64,000 nt of DNA from Octopus sinensis (Eukaryota), in assembly GCF_006345805.1 (NCBI RefSeq), contig NC_043006.1, positions 42,098,001-42,162,000 on the forward strand, written 5' to 3'. Made by a program: the position numbers and the translations under genes. The first letter of the stretch is position 1. Each line of letters opens with the position of its first letter. A model generated the notes under the pieces. That model made no database searches. It worked only from the letters and a program-made list of their open reading frames with translations, and was not told the DNA's origin. This document shows, piece after piece, positions 51,545-64,000 of the stretch.

Positions 51545-51825
51545 ATATTGAACTTAAAAATGGTTTATGACTATTTAATTTTTTCCCACTAGGCCGCTGG
51601 GGCAAAGGAATTCTACAAAATTTTTTTTGCCTCCCTATATTGATTAATTATGTAGATATACATAATATGGTATATATACATATGATATATACACATATAT
51701 ATATATATATATATACATATATATATACATATATATATATACATATATATATACATAATATATACATATATATATATATATACATAATATAACATATATA
51801 TACATATATATACATATATATATAC

Positions 51826-51879
<54 letters not shown>

Positions 51880-52069
51880 TGTGTAAATGATACATATATG
51901 TGCATAGCTATGTGAAATTTGTAGGCCTTTATATATCTCAGTGTTCGTTTACTAAAGAATGTACAGTAATACATATACGCACACACACAAACACACAAAC
52001 ACAAACACACACACACACCACACACACACACGAGCATAATTCGAACATCTGATTTGATTAACCTTAGCA

Positions 52070-52600
52070 CGCAAACTTCCGTCCGTTTTAACGTTCTCAG
52101 TTCAAGTTCGAACGAGGGTGACTTTGCCTTTCATACTTTCGGCGTCGATGAAATGAGTACCAGTTGAGTACTGGGGTCGATGTACTCGATCTATACCCAC
52201 CCCCACTGAATTTCCTTACTTTGTGCCAAAAAGTTTGAAAACTAATATTCATACTTTTAAGTTAGTTGTGTCGTTTAACATCCCTTAGAAAATTATCGAA
52301 ATTAAAACAACTGGGGCGTATTCAGATCCTGAAGGTAAACAGAATATCGACGAGTGGTTAAAAAAGGAAAATTTGAATTAAACTTACTTCGTATAGACAT
52401 CCATTTGATAAAAGAAGGCCACAAGCAAATTACTTAGCGGTATTTCATCCGTCTTTACATTCTGAGTTCAAATCCTGCTGAGGTCGACTTTGCCTTTTAT
52501 TTTTTCGGGCTTGAAATATATTAAGGACCAGTTGAGCCCTGTGATCGATATAATCTACTAGCTCCGTCCCCTAAATATTGAGGCCTTATACCTATAATGG
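52070..52600 (+). mobile_element. Two decayed SINE family N copies
   Basis: Cores near 52120 and 52480. Confidence 0.7.
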
Positions 52601-52633
52601 AATGAATTCATTTGATTTGGACACACGGACAAA

Positions 52634-53017
52634 TCTCTCTCTATATAAACGGCAGTTTGTCTGTGCGTGTTTCTGTGTGTCTGTTTGGTTGTACCCTCAC
52701 CCTGACCACGGCTTTCAACCGATTCTGATGAAACTTGACACACACATAGCCCAATGTCATAATTCAAAACTAACGCAGCGAAAATTTTGAAAAGTTCCCC
52801 CAGTTCTGAAAAAAATCGATAAATTCGACATGGGGTCGAGAATCAGCAACACAAACCGCAAACTGTCTAGGGGACGCAACTCCACCTTTTTTTACTCTCA
52901 AAAAAGATTTACCATCATTTTTTTCCATTTTTTTGCTATTTTTTGGCTATAACTCTCTAAAAATGCTTTATAGTTATTTCCCTTACAAACCTGAGCAACG
53001 CCGGGCGATACTGCTAG
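52634..53017 (+). mobile_element. Non-autonomous Helitron-like element
   Basis: Starts A|TC, ends CTAG|T, with a GC-rich hairpin cctgagcaacgccggg about 8-12 nt before CTAG. No TSD. Confidence 0.7.
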
Positions 53018-54004
53018 TTTGATATAATGGCGGGAGATGTAGAAATAAGTTTGTTTGATTAAATAACTTCCAGTCTATTAATGGTACGTTTTGTCTTCCC
53101 TTGCTAAATTTGAAGTAAAAGAGAATTTTCTTATAGCTTACTTGAGCTTTCTTTATTACCCATAAAGGGCTAACATAGAAGAGACAAAAACATGTGGGGC
53201 ATAAAACATATAAAATGAAACAAAAATGTATGTTATGATGCGTGACAATATGAATATGAAAAATATAAATGAAACCACTCGCCCCACTTACGAGTGGCCT
53301 CATTTTCTACCTTTTGTACCCTGATCCTTTCAACAGGTCAATCCCGTCTCCTCCAACTACCTTTCGTATTTTGTAACACTTGGAAGAGTGCTCCAACTGC
53401 AGTCCACATCCCAAGTATTAAATCCGACCATAAATGCCTTTATTTTTTCCTCTTGTTTCTTATCGGGGGCTACACACCTGTGATATTCGTGTCCCAAGTT
53501 GCTGTTTCATCCGATAGTTCATCACTAAGAAACATGTACAGATTACATTTTTTCTTCCTTTTTTTTATTTTTTTTTCCTTGGGGGATAGGTTTCTAACTT
53601 CTTTCCGTGTGTTTGTTTTTTGTTTCTGTGTCGAATGGGAAAGGGTAGGTTTGGTGTCTTCGAGGAGAGGGTGTTTCTGAGTGGGTGTGGGTGGGACGGG
53701 TGTGGAATGAGGTTTACATTTTAGTTCATTTTCCTTTTTTCTTTTTCTGCTCGTAGATGTCTCCCAATTTTCCACTGATTGCACTTCTTCTACTTGACTT
53801 ATTGTTTACTTGAAACGGAAGAGTCTATCTCGTGACATTTGAAGAAAACTTCGAAGACTGCTTGAGGGGAGGGTGAAATCACGTCTAAGTGGATTGTTGG
53901 AGCAAGAGAAAGTGTTTTAAGCTAATATTGCTACTTAACAAAATAGTTGGTAATTCATTTTATATTTTTTTTTTTTACTTTGCAATCAATATTGGTTTCA
54001 AATT

Positions 54005-54612
54005 CTGAGTTCAAATTCCGCCGAGGTTGACTTTGCCTTTCTTCCTTTCGGAGTCGATAAATTAAGTACCATTTGCGTACTGAGATTGATCTAATCGACT
54101 GGCTCCCTCCTCAAAAATGTCGGACCTTGTGCCTAGAGTAGAAAAGAATATTGGTTTCAAATTTTGACACAAGGCCAGAAATTTCGGAGTGGAGGAGTTA
54201 ATTCGATTACATCGACCCCAGTGCTCAACTGATACTTATTTTAACAAGGCGGCGAGCTGGCAGAAACGTTTGCACGCCGGGCGAAATGCGTAGTCGAATT
54301 TCGTCTGCCGTTACGTTCTGAGTTCAAATTCCGCCGAGGTCGAATTTGCCTTTCATCCTTTCGGGGTCGATTAAATAAGTACCAGTTATGCACTGAGGTC
54401 GATATAATCGACTTAATCCGTTTGTCTGTCCTTGTTTGTCCTCTCTGTGTTTAGCCCCTTGTGGGTAGTAAAGAAATAGGTACTTATTTTATCGAGTCTG
54501 AGAGGAAAAAAGCAAAGTCGAGCTCGGCAGAATTTGAATTTAAAACCCAAGGCGAACAAAATTCCACTCAGCATTTTGCTCGGCACCCAAACGATTGTTC
54601 CCGCTCACCGCC
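54005..54612. mobile_element. Cluster of SINE family N copies (one plus copy 54246-54478 nested in a minus copy)
   Basis: Three cores; full head aaggcggcgagctggcagaaacg at 54246. Confidence 0.8.
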
Positions 54613-55236
54613 TCACTGCACAGTCAATATTTACATTTCTTCATAATAAGGATTGAATAATTTGATCATGTCCCAAATCACAGAGCTGTCAGTGGCAGAA
54701 TATGAACTCGCAATTCATTCCATGATATTCTATCAATGCCACCGTTATATACTCTTTCAAGAATGTAACTATACCCAGGCTTGTCGATTAGAGATGTGCT
54801 AAAAGTCACAATGGATTTGTTGGAACGCATACAAATGATATATACTGTGAAGCAAAATTAACAATACCTCAGTGGATTCATTTCGACTGTTTAGGGATCT
54901 GAACAATATGTCAGAAAACTCCAAATGCGCGATATCTTCTCTCTGTGCTAATTTACAAAGGCAGTCTATAAAATCCGAGTGTAATACCATATAACAGAAA
55001 ATGGTGAATATTTCAATTAAGTATGGCTATAGTTATGAAGAATTTACATTCCCGCTGGCCTTAATGTTCCATAAAAGTGATCCATTATTGCTATCGAGGG
55101 ATCTGAAACTGAACAAAATGTAAATTAAGTCTCGATAATCAATTCCGACTCTACGCAGCTAATACGGAAGAGAATTAATGTTGCTGGCACTCTTTACTCG
55201 TAAATATAATGCAACCCACAAGACACATGCTCACAC

Positions 55237-55268
<32 letters not shown>

Positions 55269-55382
55269 TCACATATAGATACATGCATAAATATATGTGG
55301 GTGTGTTTTTGTGTGTGAGAATATATATATACATATATGTACACAAACACACTTACCTCTATCTACCTTGTATATGGTTGTT

Positions 55383-55406
55383 AGACAGACAGACAGACAG
55401 ACAGAC

Positions 55407-55454
<48 letters not shown>

Positions 55455-55480
55455 GATAGATAGATATATAGATATATATA

Positions 55481-55538
<58 letters not shown>

Positions 55539-55601
55539 GATAGATAGATCGATAATTGGTGATAGATGGATCGATAGATTCATAGATAAAGATAGATAGA
55601 T

Positions 55602-55635
<34 letters not shown>

Positions 55636-55642
55636 AGATAGA
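55383..55642. repeat. (GACA)n/(GATA)n microsatellite
   Basis: Direct reading. Confidence 0.96.
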
Positions 55643-56035
55643 TATATAACTTTCTTTTATAGCCACCAGGGCTGATACAGAGGGGACAAATACAAATGCA
55701 GAGCTTTTCTTTTCGAGGGTGGAAAAAAATAAAAATGTAGATTGATCAAAGGATCGAGAGGAGGAAAAAAAAGGAAAAAGGAAATCGTGTATCACAGAAA
55801 TAATAGTGTAAACATTGAATAAACAAGATTGGGTTCATCGTGGGAAGAAAAAAGCTTACAGAAAAGACCACGGGAACCCCAGTCAGGGAGGAAAAACAAC
55901 ATGAGGTCAAAAATGCTCTCTTCTTTCTTTTTTATACGATCTACAGGATCATGCTCAAAATGGTTTCGTTCTAGCACGCACCATCTTGCAACATTCACCC
56001 ATCTTTTTTTGAATCTTTCGCGAGACAAAACTCCT

Positions 56036-56056
56036 ATAGATAGATAGATAGATAGG

Positions 56057-56098
<42 letters not shown>

Positions 56099-56099
56099 T

Positions 56100-56130
<31 letters not shown>

Positions 56131-56202
56131 TAATAAATTGATCGACATGGATAGATAGATAAATTGATCGATGGATGGATAGATGAATAATGAAATAGAT
56201 AT

Positions 56203-56255
<53 letters not shown>

Positions 56256-56472
56256 GATAGATGATAGATACATACATAGATAGATAGATCTATAATTGAT
56301 CGATGTCGATAGATAGATAGATAGATAGATAGTAGATAGATAGATAGATAGACAGACACACAGATAGATTGTTACATACATACATACATACATACTACAT
56401 ACTACATACATACATACATACATACATACATACATACATACATACATACTTACATACATACATACATACATA
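56036..56472. repeat. (GATA)n then (CATA)n microsatellite
   Basis: Direct reading. Confidence 0.96.
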
Positions 56473-57179
56473 GATCTTTGGTTGAAAAAACGCGATAAAG
56501 AAAACTTAATACATAAAAGTAAAGCATTTATCAAACTTGCTACATGCCATGCACGAAACTTTCGATCCTTGAGTCACTTTTTAACTTTCCTAAATAAAAC
56601 ATTATGTCTGCGTGTGTGTATGTGTACGTATGTGTGTGTGCGCACGCGCAAATCTATAATGCACGCATACATTCATAGATACATAACGCATACGTCCTTC
56701 CTAATTCCATGATGATAGTGTTATTTTAATCAATTTCGTTTGCCTTGTCAAGCTACGGATTTGAAATATTATATATTTATAAGGAAACGTTTAAATTTAA
56801 AGATACTAACGTCGATAAGCCTCGTTTGCATCAAAATTATTCTACATAAGTAATCCTGAAGATTAAAATAAAGTCCTATTCATGACAAAATGCTGGGCGT
56901 CAAATTTGATATATCGGCAGTGAAAAACGTCACGTTTAATTGTTGTTGTTGTGTGTATGTGTGGTGTGTGTGTGGAATGCTATCAAATATATTACCTCTG
57001 ATAAATTATTAACTGAGCACATCATATTGCTTAAATTTTTTTAACAATCCATGGGACTTCAATACGTTTGTAATATGACGATCGTATAAACTAGTATAAT
57101 CTTTAGAACATACGTACAACTTTAAAGTTTGACTTCTACCTATTTTCCCTAACACGTTTATGTATGAATATTCTCTTTT

Positions 57180-57588
57180 CTCTTTACTCTTTTACTTGTT
57201 TCAGTCATTTGACTGCTGCCATGCTGGAGCACCGCCTTTAGTCGAGCAAATCGACCCCACGACTTATTCTTTGTAAGCCCAGTACTTATTCTATCGGTCT
57301 GTTTTGCCGAACCGCTAAGTTACTGGGACGTAAACAAACCAGCATCGGTTGTCAAGCGATGTTGTGGGGAGGACAAACACAGACACACAAACACACACAT
57401 ACATATACATATATATACATATATATACGACAGGCTTCTTTCAGTTTCCGTCTACCAAATCCACTCACAAGGCATTGGTCGGCCCGGGGCTATAGCAGAA
57501 GACACTTACCCAAGATGCCACGTAGTGGGACTGAACCCGGAACCATGTGGTTGATTAGCAAGCTACTTACCACACAGCCACTCCTGCG
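57180..57588 (-). mobile_element. SINE family C
   Basis: Full-length reverse copy. Partial copies also lie near 13020-13200, 14710-14920, 16560-16770, 18590-19250 and 25020-26050. Confidence 0.9.
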
Positions 57589-57904
57589 AATATGTCTGTA
57601 AAATGTATAAATGATGCATGCGAATCAAAGGTATGATTGATTTTCTGAACAGGACTGACATCAAAATTTTTTTGTAGTGTCATGAACAATTCCGTTGTTT
57701 TAAAGTTCACTTTCTAAGAGATTAGTATTAAATCACCCATCTGAAAAAAAGAAGGCAGAACTATTCTAGTTTCCGAAATGGCAAGTTCCGTGTCATGTCT
57801 AAGCAAAGGGCTGAGGAAAAAAAGCAAAGGAAGGGAAAGGTATGATAAATCAAAGATCATACTTTCAGGCGCAGCTCTTCCAGAATATAAGAAAATATAT
57901 ACAT

Positions 57905-57943
57905 AGCTATATATATGTGTGCTATATATATATATATATATAT

Positions 57944-58007
<64 letters not shown>

Positions 58008-58144
58008 TGTGTGTGTGTGTGTGCTTGTGTGTGTATGTGTGTGTGTAGATATATATGTATATATAATATATATATGTATGTATGATGTATATATATATGT
58101 GTATATATATATACAGATGTATAATATATGTTATATATATAGAT

Positions 58145-58195
<51 letters not shown>

Positions 58196-58400
58196 ATTTA
58201 TATATATATATATATATTGTATATATTTAGTGTGTTATATATAGATGTGTATATATATATGTGTATATATATAATACATATGTATCTATATATATGTGTC
58301 TATATATATATCTATTATTATATATATATATATATATATATATATCTATATATATATACATATGTTATATATATATATATATATATATATACATTTATAT
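57905..58400. repeat. (TA)n/(TG)n compound microsatellite
   Basis: Direct reading. Confidence 0.95.
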
Positions 58401-58899
58401 ATTGATTATTGCATTTCAAATTTTTGTTGTTTTATTTTAAATATAAAACACACTCCTGCGGGATTTTAGTGAAGACAGAACATCAATGATTAACTGCCAT
58501 ATACTTCATTCTCACCATCTGTATAATTCTCAGACAATGTTATGCTTACTTCGAATAGCTACAGGCTGTGTGAAACTGTGGGAAAATGCCAAATTATGCG
58601 TGATTACCAAACGTCAATTCTTAATAAGTACTTTATGTGGATAACTACTTCCAGATATAAACGTACAAAGCCCAATAGAAGTAATGTATAATTATACAGA
58701 ATGAAACACTCAGGATCCCACGAGTATATTTAAGGAATATTTATGCATAAAGAAGACCCAACTTTCGTACGTTCATATGTATTCGCGTGAACGCGTGTAC
58801 AGGAAGAAGGGTAGGGAGAGAAAAACAGAGAGACAACGAGTGTAAATGAAAGAATGAACTGACTTGCGTAACACCGTGCATAAAATAATATTCTTTTCT

Positions 58900-59082
58900 C
58901 CTCTAGGAACAAGGTCCGAAATTTTTGGAGAGTGGGGGCACCTGGTACTTAATTTCTCGACCCCCAAAGGATGAAAGACAAAGTCGACCTCGGCGGAATT
59001 TGAACTCAGAACGTGAAGGCAGACGAAATACTGCTAAGCATTTCGCCCGGCGTGCTAACGTTTCGGCTAATTGGCTGCCTTA
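58900..59082 (-). mobile_element. SINE family N
   Basis: Reverse core and head. Confidence 0.8.
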
Positions 59083-59535
59083 TGCATAAAATAAGATTTA
59101 AAAAATAATGTGCATAAAATAATTTTGTATATGCGTATGTGTATATAATTATATGCATTAAACCCTATGTATTAGTAAGCAGCAATTTATAGTTTCATTT
59201 TCTGTTTGAGAATATATATATAAATATATACTATATATATATAGATATAGATGTATGCATTTATGTATGTATGTATGTATGTATGTCTGTATGTATGTAT
59301 GTATGTATGAATGCATGTATGTATATGCGTACACCATATATGGGTAAGTGCATATATATGTTTATGTACATACAGAGAGCATGTGTATATGAGAGAGGGA
59401 ATTTAAAAAATGGAACGAGCAGTAAAAATTTTCTATAGAGATTGACAGATGAGATGTGTGCCGGATATATAAATATATATGTGCGTGTATGTGTGTAGAA
59501 AAAATATATGTACATGTACGTATATATGTATGAAC

Positions 59536-59566
<31 letters not shown>

Positions 59567-59812
59567 TGTATGTGTGTGTGTATGTATGTGTGTGTATGTA
59601 TGTATGTATGTATGTATGTATGTATGTATGTATGTATGTATGAATGTATGTATGTATGTATGTGTATAAATTTGGTTCCTACATCAATTTATCTCCCATT
59701 TTATATTTGTGAATTAAAGTAAGATTTCATTTAATATACATGAAATGTTTCGAGCTCATTAAGAGATTACATCTATAGAATAAAAACTATGTAGGTTTTT
59801 AATGTGTATATA

Positions 59813-59848
<36 letters not shown>

Positions 59849-60713
59849 ATGCATGTCTATATGAATTTCTATGCATATGTATAGATGGTGGGTGTTTGTA
59901 AGTGCGTATGTATACATGGATGTATGTATATTTTATAAGCAAACACTGAGATAGGAATATCTTTTAAGTAAACGAAAATAGAATCAGAAAATGGGATAAA
60001 TGTTAGAAAAGTGGAATGGAATCAATCTTATATAACCAAATATATATTTTTTTTTCGGTTTCCTTGCCTTTTATTTTACTCTGTTTGGGGCAGATTTAAT
60101 TGGCTTCACTACTTTCAGGATAGATAGGTAAGAGCTGGACCGAATCAAGAACCGAATGCCTCCATAAACATATACATTAGATAGTGTAGTCCTGGCAAGA
60201 TGCTGAAGCGAACACACGAACCAACAAACCGATCGGTAAAAAAATATCTAAGGCAAAATGAAAAGATGAAATATAAAATTTAAGTGATGTGTTGTTCTTC
60301 AATGAAACTTTATATTAAAGAAATATTCTCTCCTCATACTGAATAAACTCGATCTGCAATTACATTTGCTACCGAAAGTGAAAAAAAAATGCATTTCTTA
60401 ACAATGAATCAATAAATCATTTTTTACTCTCAAATATATTTCTTCTTTCATATTCATGCTATCGTAAAAATTATTCTTCTCAAGTATTTTCTTAAGTTGA
60501 TTAATGAATATTATTATCATAATTGTTGAAGTCATTAATATAAACTTTAGTCTTATTATAACCATCATCATCTTCAACATTATTAACGCCATCATTACTA
60601 TTTTTTATATTATATCTCCGAAAAACAACCAGCTGCAGTTTTCTCATAGTTTATACAATGAATATATGTATATGTGTGTGTGAGTGTGCGTATACACACA
60701 CACACACACACAT

Positions 60714-61045
60714 GTGAAGGCGCATAGTTCAGTTGTTAGAGCGTCGGGCTCACAATCATGATGTAGTGAATTCGATTTCCGGACTGGGCTGTGTGTTGTG
60801 TTCTTGAGCAAAACACTTTATTTCACGTTGCACCAGTTCACTCAGCTGTAGAAATGAGTTGTGACGTCACTGGTGCCAAGCTACATCAGCCTTTGCCTTT
60901 TCCCTTGGACAATATTGGTGGCGTGAAAAGGGGGAGGCTGGTATGCATGGGTGACTGGTGTTCTTCCATAAACAACCTCATCCGGACTTGTACCTCGGAG
61001 GGCAACTTTCCCATGGTTATTTATGACCGAATGGAGTCCTTACTC
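60714..61045 (+). mobile_element. SINE family M
   Basis: Homologous to 43591-43922. Confidence 0.85.
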
Positions 61046-61112
61046 TCTATGTGTATGCGTGTGTGTGCGTGCGTATGTGTGTGTTAATATATATATATAT
61101 ATTTACCACACA

Positions 61113-61161
<49 letters not shown>

Positions 61162-61562
61162 GCATGCATATGTGTGTGTGCATGTATGTATATGTGTGTA
61201 TAAATATATATATACAACAAACAATTATGAAGAATACGGAGACTTGTACATCTTCAATTGTTTCTTTTAATTTAACAGTTGGTCTTACAACATAATTAGT
61301 TGGTTAGAATGACCGACATGTGTTTCTACTGTACAGAATATGTGCAGCTGTGTATGCAACCCACCATATTCTGCTATGCACTTTCATTCAGAGTCTTGTA
61401 ATTATTTGGAAGTTACACCCCTGATAATATTTATAATCAAGGGGAGCGAACCTTTGAAAGGCAGTGATACAATAGAAAAAAATATAAACTACTCTCGTAC
61501 TTATACCATATTCATTCTATTTCTTTCATTCAGAGAGGGATTAGTGTAAAAGTCAGTGTGAG

Positions 61563-62155
61563 ATTTGATTATTTTGAGAGGATACAAAGCGGATAAGAAA
61601 ACAAGGACTAGCTGATTCGGTTACATATAGAGCTACACATATATTAGCATTATTGTTATAAGCATTTCCATATATTAATATATTTGTACTTACTTCTAAG
61701 TATTTGCTTCAAGTGAGACTATTTATTTATTATCTCTCTTCAGAGATAGAAATATTGTATTGTTTGACTATTTTGAGAGAGTACAAAAGTTGATGAGAGA
61801 ACAAGGACAAGAAGATTCGGTTACATACAGAGATATACTTATATTACCATTCTTATTAAAAGTATTTCCACATATTAATATGTTTGTACTTCTAAGTTTT
61901 TGCTTCAAGTGGGGCTCTTTATTTATTACGACTCCTCAGAAATAATAATATTGTACTGTATGACTATTTTGAGAGCGTACAAATGTTGATGAAAGAACAA
62001 AGACTAGCAGATTCGGTTACATATAGAGATATACTTATATTAGCACTGTTGTTATACGTATTTCCCCATATTCGCATGTTTGTACTTACTTGTAAGTATT
62101 TACTTCAAGTGGGACTATTTATGTTCTATGTCTCTTCAGAAATAGTAATATTGTG
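61563..62155. repeat. Diverged tandem triplication, unit about 198 bp
   Basis: ga(c/t)tattttgagag recurs near 61567, 61765 and 61962; gattcggttacata and cttcaagtg recur in each unit. Confidence 0.9.
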
Positions 62156-62464
62156 TTCTTATAGTGGCAGTTGTCTTGAAAAGAAAAGCATTGTTAATTG
62201 CAAAGATTCTGCAAAAGAAAAACAGAAAAGTTTTAGTGAAAAATAAAATGTTTAAGATTGTATTTTAAGATTATATATTTAAAGTGTCTATTAAATACTT
62301 AATTCTGCTGATGGTATGGTGTATAATGGGTGAAAGGGAAAGCGTGGGTATGGAATTGTTTCTTAGAATAAGAAAGAAACAAATTAAGTAAGAAACACTG
62401 AGAGAAAAGCAAAACAGAAAATGTAAGGAATAAAAGATTTAGATTTAAAACTTTTCATATATGA

Positions 62465-62940
<476 letters not shown>

Positions 62941-63714
62941 CGCGTGTGTGTGTGTGTGTGCGCGCGCGCGCATATGCTTGCGTGTGTTTGCCTGTGTTTA
63001 TTCAGATAACGGCACTATAAGATTCGTGGTTTGTAGACCTCGCTGCTTTTTTAAAACAAAATGGAACTTACCTATATACGTGCTTACCTACTCAAACCGA
63101 ACGAGCAGAATACACGCGATAACTTACCTTTCGTGGCGAACATTTATAAACCCTCCTCTAAAACTGGAAATTGATATCAACAGTCTTTCTTTGTTAAAAG
63201 TTTTGTTTATCATAATGTATGAAAATAACTGTGCGAAATTTCGAATCGTGGTGCATAAGAGCACTGGTCTGTATATCGTTAACAGACGACAATCGACAAT
63301 CATCTGCTGTAGATCACATTATTTCACCCTGCTCAGGACGAGTCCTTATGAGAGATCCTTTCAATATAAATAACACTGTATTCTATGTTCTGACACAACC
63401 ACCGCATTAAGTTGGAGATCATGATTACATCTTTTTTATTAAGATTGCTTCTACCGCTGTTAATTATTTTAAATAAGCTTACTGGCTATTTGCGACACCA
63501 GTGTTTAATTAGATACTGAAATTCTACATATCGTTAATGCGAGATTCAGCTGTTATCGCACTGCTGGAGATCTACCCCCGAGGAACCGATAGTAGGGTGA
63601 AATCAGGTGATCTGGCATATCCGGCGGCCGTAGCAGACGATTCTTGTCTGCCAAGTGCTTTTATGTACCATGGGTCATCATGCGCATTTAGGGTACGATG
63701 AATCCATAAACAAG

Positions 63715-64000
63715 TACGAAGATGATGATGATGATAGATCATCATCGTCATCATCAGCATCGGTGTAATCGTCTTCCCCGTTATCGTCGCCATCGTCATC
63801 ACCGCTCTTGTTGTGGTGACAGTAATCGTCATCGTCGCCATCTAAAGTAGTCGTATAATTATGGTATGGCCGTGAATGCTTTCGTTACTGGTACTGCTTC
63901 TGCGACTACGGCCGGCGACAACGATGATGATGATGATGACGACGACGAAGACAATGACGACGACGACGAACGTGGTGATGATGATCATGACCATAGCTAT
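63715..64000. repeat. Degenerate (GAT/GAC)n and (CAT/CGT)n trinucleotide tracts
   Basis: Direct reading. Confidence 0.85.

Noticed and set aside
61563-62155. CRISPR-like or exon-array interpretation of the triplication
   Set aside because: Whole units are homologous, with no repeat-spacer structure, no DEKNQ-like exon and a eukaryotic context.

Overview
This is AT-rich, microsatellite-saturated animal genomic DNA. The SINE families and repeat landscape point to an octopus (coleoid cephalopod); that assignment is an inference. Almost all ORFs in the supplied track are microsatellite noise. The only host coding sequence I can support is two + strand exons of an alpha7-like nicotinic acetylcholine receptor (Cys-loop channel) subunit: 27517-27656 (140 nt) and 36058-36102 (45 nt). 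Their lengths and phases match exons 2 and 3 of vertebrate CHRNA7. Exon 1 is not securely found and no exon 4 is visible, so most of the window is intron or upstream DNA. The rest is decayed mobile DNA: four tRNA-SINE families, CR1/L2-, RTE-, Tx1- and R4/Dong-type LINE remnants, Penelope-like element (PLE) RT and GIY-YIG remnants, several mariner/Tc1 relics including one full-length 1287-bp mariner, a Helitron-like element and a CAC...GTG MITE. The most interesting signals are: (1) minimal type-I hammerhead ribozymes in PLE-type terminal repeats, twice sitting at the axis of long inverted duplications; (2) two elements flanked on both sides by a specific microsatellite, (ACAT)n and (AAT)n; (3) a SINE/LINE pair with a shared 3' tail; (4) several long hairpins inside the receptor pre-mRNA. 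Boundaries of decayed repeats are approximate. No database searches were run, so novelty is unverified.
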